Of a stretch of DNA of 64,000 bases, positions 14,140 to 24,900 are shown in pieces. This DNA is from the human T2T-CHM13v2.0 reference genome, Homo sapiens. Below the pieces are notes generated by a model, which had not been told where the DNA came from, made no database searches, and worked only from the letters and a program-made list of their open reading frames with translations. The translations under genes and the position numbers were made by a program. Every line of letters begins with the position of its first letter. Position 1 is the stretch's first letter. The stretch lies in assembly GCF_009914755.1 (NCBI RefSeq), contig NC_060938.1, one strand, 5' to 3'.

Positions 14140-14620
14140 GTGTCCTTGTCAACTATTGCCAGAGAACAAGCAATCACAACATCTAAGTGGCACACAACAA
14201 CAAGCTTTTACTCATGGAGCTGCGGTTAGGCTGCGAATTGGCAAGTCTAGACTGGGCTCAGCGGGTGCCTCTGCTTTGTGCTACAGCTCTGGCTGGGCTT
14301 GGCTCCTTGCTGGGGGTTCAGCCTAGCTCTGTCCCATGTTAGAAGGCAGCACCTATTTGGAAGTAGTTCTTTCATGCTGATGGAGGCAAAGGTGTAAGAA
14401 GGGTGAACAAAAACAAGCAATGTCTCTTAATGGTGTGGCTCAGAACTGTCATGGTGTCATTTCTGTTCAGTCGTTAGGTCAGAGCAGATCACGTGGCACA
14501 GACCAAAGTCAAGGGGCAGGGAAGCACATTGCACCTCTACTGGGAGATACTGCAAAGAAACATGGCCAATTTCACAGATAGAAGATGAAGAACATGAATC
14601 TGTAATTTAATTTACCTTAT
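14140..14620 (-). mobile_element. Old MLT1-type (J/K/L-like) MaLR LTR
   Basis: MLT1-like motifs ggctcagaactg...gtcatttctg...aaagtcaaggggcagggaag; strongly diverged, boundaries approximate. Confidence 0.65.
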
Positions 14621-14682
14621 CCAGAGTAGTACTTGTGTATTGTTTTTATCTGTAGTTTTTGTTTGCCCAAAAGCAGAAGTGG

Positions 14683-14826
14683 GCTCGGCATGGTGGCTCG
14701 TGCCTATAATCCCAGCACTTTGGGAAGCTGCGGTGAGAGGATTCCTTGAGCCCAGGAGTTTGAGGTTACAATGAGCTATGATTGCACCACTGCCTAGAGG
14801 GAGAGCTTGTCTCTAAAATTTTTTTT
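14683..14826 (+). mobile_element. Monomeric Alu (FRAM/FAM-like or collapsed AluJ)
   Basis: Single Alu arm with J-type gagctatgat; TSD aaaagcagaagtgg (14669-14682) / aaaaggagaagtag (14827-14840). Confidence 0.85.
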
Positions 14827-15040
14827 AAAAGGAGAAGTAGAAATGAGGATTTTTTTTGTGGAGACTTTGGAAATGTGGGCAAAAGAGTACAGATGTGCTC
14901 TTTTGCATTATGCATTAAGATTAATCAACCTCTTTCTATCGCCACTATTACCTTATTTTCCTGTAGCAACATTGAGTGGTAAAACCCATCCATTTCTGCC
15001 TTTGACTATGTCATCATCTGACTGGATTGCTCTTTTCCTT

Positions 15041-15630
15041 TGTAGGGGTAAAAGTGTAATAACTTTTCCTCGCCTATCACAAGGGTCATGGCTGAAACTT
15101 CCATAACAAAAGACAGGTTATCAAGAAAAAATTTATTTAATCAAAATTTTGCATCACATGGGAGCGCTCAGAAATGAAGACCCAGAGACCCAGGGAGAAG
15201 TGCATATTCTTAAGCTTAGGTTCGATGAAGAATGGACAGCTGTGTAGAAATATGACTGGACAAAAAAGGCATGATGTAATGATAATAACTTGAGGGGAAT
15301 TCCAACAAGTCCTGTGTGTTCAGATTTTTCTTGGCCTCTCTGTGTAGCATTTCTTCCTCTGGGCATAGGGCATGACACTTGTCATGTAAGGGTCTTCAGG
15401 GAGGAGAAGAGAGGGTCAGATAGTCTTCCTAGATTTTATGGCTTGCTTTGGGGTACAGCAGTTCTATCGTGCATGATGCACCTTCAGGAGGAAATAGGGG
15501 AAGGAGAAAGGAAGGAAAAAGAAGGAGGTCAGAGAGAATATCTTTTTACGCCCTTCCAGTCTCCTTCAGTTCAAAGTATTCAGCTTGTCAAAATGCCATA
15601 CTTCACAGTATCACATTCTGAGACCCAACA
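15041..15630 (-). mobile_element. ERV1 solo LTR of the MER34/MER39 group
   Basis: TG...CA termini; 4-bp TSD cctt (15037-15040, 15631-15634); reverse complement begins TGTTGGGTCTCAGAATGTGATAC..TATGGCATTTTGAC; minus-strand AATAAA at 15132-15137. Confidence 0.82.
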
Positions 15631-15634
15631 CCTT

Positions 15635-15933
15635 CTATTGGGTTTGCTTGAACTCCTATTCAGCATTCACATCCCAGCTCAGATGTCACTCTCTTGTGCA
15701 AATCTCTGCTTCCCCAGAGCATTAGTAATTTCTTTCTTTAGGGTATTGTTACATTATTCTGTTGGTTTGTTATCAACTTAAATAGCAATTTGTTTCTTTA
15801 CATGCCTGTCTCTGTATTGAGACTATGAGCTTATTGAGGCAATAGCCTGGGTCATCTTATTCCTTTTTATATCTCCAGAACCTTGTACAATACCTATGAA
15901 AGTAAGTATTTAACTATGTTTTAAGTTGAATTG
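15635..15933 (+). mobile_element. L2 3' end (interrupted upstream by the ERV1 LTR)
   Basis: cagctcagatgtcact...gactatgagcttattgagg...atctccagaaccttgtacaatacct...gttgaattg, typical L2 3' motifs. Confidence 0.7.
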
Positions 15934-16256
15934 TGTAGAATTGAATTATATCTTGGGATTACTATTAGCGGAGTTATATAGTACTGATAAGAACTATGGG
16001 TGAGTTTAAATCATAAACTAGGGAGATGCAAAAGAAGAGTAAAACAAGGAAGAGTAGAAGAAAAATGGAGGGAGAATGATGGGAATAATGTGAAAACAAA
16101 GGGAAATTATGCAGGACATGGAGTAGGCGCTAGAAGCAGGTGTGGCTCCCTGGGATGAGCTGCTAGTCCCTGCCCTGTGGTAGGGTTCTCCCATCAACGT
16201 GGTTCTCCGTGTGGATGTACATGCAGAGGAGGCGCAGGTTAAAAACTGTAGTCTCA

Positions 16257-16524
16257 GTCCCAGCACTTTGGGAGGCTGAAGCAGGTGGATCACCTGAGAT
16301 CAGGAGTTCGAGACCAGCCTGGCCAACATGGTGAAACTCCATCTCTACTAAAAAATACAAAAATTAGCCAGGTGTCGTGGCAAGTGCCTGTAATCCCAGC
16401 TACTCCGGAAGCTGAGGCAGGAGAATCGCTTGAACGTGGGAGGCAGGGGTTGCAATGAGCCGAGACTGCGCCTCTTCATTCCAGCCTGGACAACAAGAGT
16501 GAGACTCCATGTCAAAAGCAAAAC
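16257..16524 (+). mobile_element. 5'-truncated AluSq/Sp-like element
   Basis: Starts at tcccagcactttggg; diagnostic caacaagag; 15-bp TSD aaaactgtagtctca at 16242-16256 and 16525-16539. Confidence 0.93.
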
Positions 16525-18068
16525 AAAACTGTAGTCTCAAGAAAACCATGAGTATTCTGGGTGTGTGAACTGGAGTCCGTTGAACAAATACCTGAGTATC
16601 TTCTCTTAGTAAGTCAGTCCTCTAAGTCCTTTGCCTTGGAGATATTTATAATTCATAGAGAAATGAATGTGCAATACATAATGGTATGACAGCTTTCAAG
16701 AAAATTAAACATACCATGTGACTGGTGTCATAAAGCCCTCTCTAGACCTCAGTTTTCTTTTTGTCAGTGATTCTGGTCTGAATGATTACTTACTGTCTAA
16801 TCCAAAGTCCCAATTCCTCAGAAAGGATTTAGCGATTATTGTCCTAAATTAGACTATTTGAGACTAATAGTCTTCCTTGGACTATATGGTTTCTTGAAGC
16901 CGTTTATTAATAATTTCAAAAGCCACATACCCTAACTCTTAATATTTTGCTAATATTTCTATTTTCCTTTTCTTTTACTTAATTCCCCTGTACATGGAGG
17001 TACCATATCTCCCTTCTATGTGTTCAAAAATGTATGGCAAAAAAAAAAAATTTTTTTTGTTTGTATTTTCAATATTTGAGCATGTGTAATCATTATAAAT
17101 AAGACAGGAGAGTAAGATAGCACATAATGAAGTTTTAAAGAAATCAAGTACAAAATATATGATAAAGATAAAATAAGAACCTAGCACTTCATATACTTTT
17201 TCTTTGCATTTACTCTCTTGAGAAAACTTTAGGGAACACACTTATATTCTATATCACATCCAACTTATTTTAAAAAGTCTACCAGTTCTTGATAATGTAA
17301 TATTTTAGTCATGACATCTTGTGGTTTTGCATTATACTGCACTGTACTCACTTATTTGGGACTTTCAAGTTTATGTGCTCTGTTCTTTAGGACTGGAATT
17401 CTTTAACGTGTTTTTGTTAGCCTTATCACCTCTTGCAAAGCACAATATATAGTTCCAGTGCTCTGCAGATGATAATATTTCATAAGCATAGCAAAGAAGG
17501 ACTCACCTCTGACTGCTTTATATGATTGAAATTGTACTGTGGCTTTAATTTTCAGAAATGGCTTTCTGGATACTGTGCATAAGTCTTAGCTCTGCCTTAA
17601 TAAACAGGTGACCTCCACCTGTGAAAACTAATGTGTCTTTGAATATTGATTGACTGCAGCTTTTCAGATCCTTTCTGGGTCCATAGTATGTTAGTAAATG
17701 TCAGAACCTCAGCATTCTAAAGGAAGGCCAATAGATATTTTTTTTGTTAAAAGACCAGATTGCCTGGTCTTTTAACAAAGTCAGTTACAGAGTTGGAACT
17801 AGAATTTGGGCCTCTGTGATCCTAGTTTAGAACATTTTCTTCCATAATAAAGAGACTTTTCTCTCTATGTTCCGCTACTTACGATTGGAATCCCTTTTCC
17901 CCATTTACATTATATGTGAACATTTATCCACAAATCTAGCTCATGTTAGACCCTGGCCCATTTTAGAGCAAATGATAACATTTTATCATGTTATGATTCT
18001 ATGAAATCACAACATGATTCTATGAAAAGAATAATTCTATGAAAAGAATAATTTTAAGAAGGCATTAG

Positions 18069-18179
18069 GAAACTGGCTGAAGCATAGATGGGACCTTTCT
18101 GTAGTGTCTTTGCATCAGTACACGAAATTCTCTATAAATCTAAAAGTGTTTCAAAATAAAAAGTTTTATTTAAAAAAAA
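18069..18179 (+). mobile_element. Old L1M 3'-terminal fragment
   Basis: gaaactgg...gggacctttctgta...taaatctaaaa...tttcaaaataaaaagtt followed by an A-rich tail. Confidence 0.6.
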
Positions 18180-18654
18180 TCACTAGAATTCACTCTGATG
18201 ATAGAAACATTAGAAAAACAAGCCTCTGTCCAAATGGAAACTTGTTATTTCCCACTTTCCTGCCTTTCTAACTGGTCAATATTGAGTCCCCAAATGCTCA
18301 ACATTCTAAAGTGCTTCATGGCTGATTGTATTAGGAAACGTGATTAACTGACAGTTACAATATCAATCAATGGAAATGGAAGGGAGGAAATTGGTTAGTC
18401 TGTTTACATAGTTTGCTTAAGACTTTATAACTGAACTATTGCCATAGAGAGTCATACATAAGTTTTCTTTAAAATTTATAAATTATTTCCATTTAAGAGT
18501 CATACATGAGCACAGGTGCTCTGGTTAGTCTCCTTCTTTTTCTTGTGAAGGTTATGACTAGTATTACATTTTCTATTCTTCCAGTCTTGGTCAAAGAGTG
18601 CCTAAAAGGCAAGGTTAGAAAGCCAAGACAAAACCTAGTTATAGAGTTCTATAA

Positions 18655-18996
18655 CAGGAGTCAGCCAACGTTTTCTGTAAAGGATCAGATAGTAAATAAT
18701 TTAGCTGTTGTTGGCCATAAGGTCTCTGCTGCAACTGCTCAGCCGTACTTTTATAGTGCAAAAGTAGCTATATAGACAAGCTGTAATGGAATGCATTTGG
18801 CTGTTTTAATAAAACTTTATTTGTGGACATTGAAATCAAATTATGACATGTCATGAAATATTATTCTTAAGAGTTTTTTTCAACTATTTAAAAAATTAAA
18901 ACAACAAGGACAATGCATTCTTAGCTTGTGGGTGGTACAGAAACAGGTGGCAGGCTAGATTAGACCTGCATGCATGCCATAGATAGCCAACTCCTG
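18655..18996 (+). mobile_element. MER58B (hAT-Charlie) MITE
   Basis: caggagtcagccaac...ttctgtaaaggatcagatagtaaata...aataaaactttatttgtggacattgaa...gccaactcctg; inverted termini CAGGAG/CTCCTG. Confidence 0.85.
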
Positions 18997-20614
18997 TTGG
19001 GACCATTAGAACTGGAGGTGGACTTAGGTACCTATTTTAGAAACCATTATGGTAGAAAGCATACTTTGAGTTGTAAAAGGTCGATTCTTGTATTTGTTTA
19101 AAACATATTGCAACAACAATGAATGGCCAGAAATATGTTTTTTAAAAAAATTATCTTCAGTGCTAATGTATGTACATAAGTCTATTTGTCATGATGGCTG
19201 TCATGACTAAATTATGTACCAGCCAGGAGTGTGATGTTGGCATGTTTCAATAGCTATCCATAGATGTATATGCATTGTGTATGTCACCGAAAAAATTAAG
19301 TGAAAAGTCATATTAAGTCAGTGGTATCATTTGGCTTATTACTTTTGGCAGCTTTCTCACTTTAATATAGCAAATGATCCAGACTAAGGCTATTCACATA
19401 GTCTTTTTAAATGCATGATCTTAATGAAGAGAAGCATGATGAAAACATTGTCTACACAGGACTATTGTTTGGTCATTTTGACGTGGCTAATCAAACAACT
19501 GATCAGTTTAGGTTAATTAATAGTTTTGATTTATTTTTCCACATAATTTATTAGTTGTCTTCCTGATCCAACTGATGGTTTAAAGTATGTTGTGACTGTA
19601 ACCATCATTAAAAATCATTAGAAATAAGATGTTTGAGATCTGTGTATTTAGTGGTATTATTATCAGCAATACAATGAATAAAATTGGTAAATCTAACCTA
19701 GTTTTTTGCGGGTAAAATTTAACATATCTCCAAAACCAATGTCTATATAAAATGAATAAATGTGGCTAAATTATATAACATAATATAATTTTCATAACTT
19801 ACACTCAAGAAACCAAATACAGTTGCTAGGAAATAGCTCCTGTGGTCTTCTGCTGTTGCCCATTGGGAGCAGTCAGTCACCAGGTATTGGCTGAGTGCTC
19901 CAAGGGTGAATGCTACCATACTAAGTGCTTGAAAGACACTAAAATTCAGTGAGTTCATAGGAATAACTTCCCAAAGCACTACAGATACTTAAATTTCAGT
20001 AATGTTTTGTAATTAAAGCATATTACTTACGTATAATTTTACAGTTTGGGAAATAAGACTGTTGAATATCAGCACTGATGATAAAAACAGACTGTGTACA
20101 CAGTTTGGGTTTTATATAAATACTTTAAAATATTGGCTTTCTTCTATAAAAATAGATGAATACTATCCAGGTTTTTACAAGAATTTTAGCATAAAAGCAA
20201 AATTGCTATTATTTTCCATTTTGAAAAGAGGCATGAAGATAACATTAAAAAATATGTAAAATGCAGTATGTCCTAGAGACATATGAAAGGAAGCAGGGAT
20301 GTTGATGCAGGTAAGCCTCATTTTGGATGTTCTCAGGGACGTTTGTAAAGTGGTGCAGTGATATTTGCTTAGCTGACACCTGACCTAAAGTGCTTTTCAT
20401 TATATCTTCTATGGATACTGAGCTCCTGAAGTTGCAGAAAAATCTGTAACAAGTTATTCAGCCTCTGCTATGTTGTGATTCACATCTGGTAGGCAATCAG
20501 ACTCAACCTCCTTGTTGTGAGTCAGTGACTGAATTTGTTGCTATACGAACAACTCCAATTGGAAAACTAAAATAATACTTTTACTGAGATTAGAAAAGGG
20601 GACTCTTGCTAGGG

Positions 20615-20970
20615 TGTCTTAGTTTGGACTGCTATAACAGAATACTATAGATGGATTGGCTTAAACAACATTTGAAAAAAAAATTTCTCACAGTCTGGAG
20701 GCTGGAAATCCAAGATCAAGGTACCAGCATGGTGAGGTTCTTCGTGAAGGCTATCCTCCTGGGTCACATAGCCATTTTCTTGTCATATCCGTACAAGATG
20801 GAAAGAGAAAGAAAGATTATGTCTCCTGTGTCTCTAATCTCATTCATGAGGGTTCCGCCCTCTGTGACAATTACCTCCCAATGATTCCACCTCCAAGTAC
20901 CATCACAATGGGGATTTTGACTTTCAACATTTGGATTTTAGGAGGGGACACAAACATTCAGTTCATAACA
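20615..20970 (-). mobile_element. MLT1A-type MaLR solo LTR
   Basis: tgtcttagt...ctgctataacagaatac...ctcacagtctggaggctggaaatccaagatcaagg...gacacaaacattcagttcataaca. Confidence 0.88.
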
Positions 20971-21794
20971 CAAGGAGTTCTAACAACCTGTAATAAAGGT
21001 ACAGTTCATGTATCCCAGGCTAGAGAATCCAGCAAAATGTAGGAATGCAGTGAAAATTAATCATCCCGGTCATTTTAATGTATCTTCAGAATGGCTTATT
21101 GGTAGTAAGGTTTTCTGGTCAGTGGAGTTGAACACTCCTGAGTTCAAATCTTTGGGACTGTGAACACATTTTTTTGCTTCAGTTTTCTTGACTGAAAAAA
21201 ATGGCATAGTTGGATCTGTGAACCCAGCTTGTCTATACCGTCTACTGCAGTGAGCTGAGATTGTGTTGGGAGGCTTATATTCACATAGGAACTTTCAAAG
21301 GTATATTAGGATTCCCGTTTGTGATTTTTAGTACACATTCTAATTAGGGCTTTTGTTTTTAAGATTATGGTTTTAAAATGATATTAATCAGAAGGAAGAG
21401 GTAGCTCAACATGCACAGTTTTTTGGGGGAATTCTAGCATGTAAAAAGTCTTAACTTGTATCATTTGATAAAGTGGAGGATATTTGAAGCATTTCTTAGA
21501 TGATGGGTGATTTGGGTGTGTTTTGGCAGCTTGATGTTTAATACTTAACGAGACATGTAGAAGTTGATTTTATAAACTGTTAATGTAGATATTTCATTGA
21601 GTTGATAGGAAAACAAAAAAATTCTTAAAATATACTGCATCTGAAAGGAAAGGCCAATTTGCTGAAACAGTGAATAGAGCTGACATTTCCTTTCTCAGAA
21701 TTTTGGCTTAATAGATATAATCTTATAGTAGGTTTTAAGATATCAATTTTTTGTTGTCATCAGGGATCCGAAATGGGTTATTTTCTCCTTTAAT

Positions 21795-21960
21795 TTACTC
21801 ACCTATTCATCCTCTAAATATTTGAATATTTATTATATTGCAAGACTCTGTACTAGGCTCTCTGGGGGATGCAAAGTGGGGGAAAAAAGCGAACCATCTC
21901 CTCTAGGAGTTTATAATCCACTGGGAGGGAGTGACGCATTCTCACCAAATAATAAAGTAG
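21795..21960 (-). mobile_element. L2 3' end relic
   Basis: aaatatttgaatatttattatattgcaagactctgtactaggc resembles the antisense L2 terminus. Confidence 0.6.
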
Positions 21961-24900
21961 GGTATTATTCATGTTGAAAGAGGTTTAAGCAGACAAAGTA
22001 CTGTGGGATCCAGGATGATTAACGCGAAAGGAGAAAAAGACGGTAGTCCTTATTACAGTTTTAAATAGGTGATCATAATGAATATGTATACAGTACTTTC
22101 AAAATAAAATATCGTATTATTTTCCAAGTAAATTATTTTTTGAACCTCTACTTTGAAGTATTTGCCAGGTCTATATTTTAGATATCCGTTGGTGTTGGGG
22201 AATTTATTATGCATAAATATAGTTAAATATTTGAATGTGATGACATTTAATGAGAATTGTGGCCCTCCAGATGTAAGGTAAACTCACGATGGTTTTTCCT
22301 CTCAGAAAAGTATTTTAAACAGGATACCCAATGCCATGTAGAACACAGACTACTCATGCATATCTCTGTTATCTGAATATACTTACCAAACAACTAAAGG
22401 CATGAATCACATACCATACTTATAAACAAGAGCTTAATCAAACATACTCTTTTAGTATCTTCTCTCTGATAGCTTTGCTTTTCATAGAGATGGAAAGAGA
22501 GAAGTTTGAATGAAGTGTATTTTTAAGTTGTGAAATCTTAATGTATGTAGTTTGTAGAAAATCCCTTGGCATCTAAGACCTGAATATAGAAAGATCAAAA
22601 GAGTAGCTATCATCCTGGGAGCCGGGAAGTCGAGTGGCCACAGTTCAAGCCTGCTACTGAGGCAGGGCTCAGAGTCACGTGCTCACCTTCCCGCCCGCTC
22701 ACATGCATCTCACTTAAAGCCTGTATTTGCGAGGGAAGACTAGACGGTGCGAAAGAGCATGTTTTGTACTTTTATTTCATTTAAATTAGCACAAAGGGAG
22801 GGAACAATTTTGCTTCACATGTGAAGTCAGTCATTTCTTGGGTTGCTAGCTCAATGTTTTAGCAGAACAGCTGTTCTGTACAATGTGGCTTTCTGCAAGC
22901 AATATTTCTACTGCTAGAAAAGTGGCAGTCTGCCAAAGAGAGTGCCCAGACCAACCCCTAAACAAAAAAATCTTTTGTCAACGACTCTAATAATTTGTAC
23001 AATTCAGGAAAGGGGGGTTGCACAGTCTTTGCAGATGTGCATTTATGATGCTATTTTTAAGCAGAGCAGCATGAAAGAATAGATTCATACGAATTGTAAG
23101 TTGATCATTCATTTTAAGCATTTGGCTTCTGCTCCTGCTAAAATTTCATTCTGTGGAACGAAAACACAGCCAGCCCTGAAACGAGGTAAGGCAGGGTGTG
23201 ACAAGATGAAATTCTTCATTTTCAGACCTGTGATGCCTGCTGAAAAACAGAAAGCTTTGGGGTCTTTCTCCCCAGCTAAAGAGATAAATGCAGTTTGCTG
23301 ATCCCCTCACAGCAGAAACTTGTTATCCTTCAGCATTTTGAGGAAATAAACTCTTAATGAGCCTGCATTCTTTTACAGCAGTCCATTCTCTGAAAATGAG
23401 TTTAAGTGCTGAAGGAAATGCCAGAAGCGTTTACACAACCAGCGCCAAACTATTATGTGTTAATTCTCTGTAGTTTAACATCATAGACACCATGCAGTTC
23501 TTCTGGTATCAAAACCTGGTCTGTTTTCAGATCTGTCCTCTGTGCTCTGGCTATCCCAAATCTACAGCAACAGACTCTGCTAGCTTTGAACCCACGGATG
23601 GAGTTAAGAAAATAAGATGATTTCCATAAATTAAAGACCCTTGGAAAGAACACTCAAACTTCTACTAACAGCAGAGGATAAAATCTGATAGAATCCTCAT
23701 CTTTTATTTTTATTCAACAGTACACCTAATATTTACATAAAAGAGAATTACATCTACTCTAGATTATTAAAATATGAAATCATATACTCCAAAATGACAT
23801 AACATTTAATACAGACTTATTCTATAAGGGTGACACGGAGCAGAGAAGACCATAGAGTATTTTAAGAGAACACAGTAAAGTGAACTGTAGAATGTTCACT
23901 GCCTTGATCAAAGGCTTTCTCTAATTCTGAGTTGGGACTTTTGTTATTCTTATTTTTCTTTTAAAATATACGTTCTTTTCATATTCTGAATAGGTGTGAA
24001 AAATGCTCAATTAAATGGAGTAAATGTCGTATTAAACCAGGGGTATTTTTGCTCCAGTCAGAATGCAAACCACTTATGTTCATTTTCTCTGTCCCCTGAA
24101 ACTGTTACCTTTTATGTATACTAATGAAAAACACAAACCGTGATTGTGGGAAGTTGCTAAAATTGCATTATTTCACTCTACCAATGCAGATACGCTTCTA
24201 AAGATAGTCATTCAGGTGACCTGCTAGATCATACTTCATTGTTACTCAAGTGTTCTTCAAATATTCCTTCAGTTTAATAAGGATTTACACTGAAAATTAC
24301 AATTCTGTTTGCTCGTGCAAGCTTGCCAGTGCAGGGTTACTACACTTTGTGAAATGACAAGTCCTGGACAATTGTTTATAAAATATTTTATAAGTTCATA
24401 AAAATCACAGTTTTTATATATCAGAGAAATTCTCTTATGTAAAGGATTTCTATAGCAATTTGTATTTTGTAAAATCAGTTATTTTGCTAAAGCAATTGAT
24501 GACTCCCCTCAAATATATATTTTAGGTTCATATTTTTAACGTTTAATTTTTCTTAAAGTAATGGAATGAAAAATCTATAAACAATAAATTTGGGCTGTTG
24601 ATTTGTATTTAATAGCTATATATTCCAGGAAAATATTGGAGACACAAAATTATTCATGTTATATTCCTGTGAATTTGCTTGAGCCAGGTATGACTTTTTG
24701 GTTTAGAGCCTACACTTCTTTAATGTTCTAGTATGGTGATCTATGATCATTCTTTACACTTACACATTACCGTTTCTAAAAATCATAGAATTCACATGCT
24801 GCTCTTTATAGCAATTTTAATATTAATTGGGTAGAAAAACATGCAAAGATACTACACATCATTACATTTCATTTCTTATAAAACCTCATGAGATGAGCAT

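Noticed and set aside
15290-15781. Longest ORF in the window (163 aa)
   Set aside because: TTG start, spans an antisense LTR and an L2 fragment, and has no recognisable domain.
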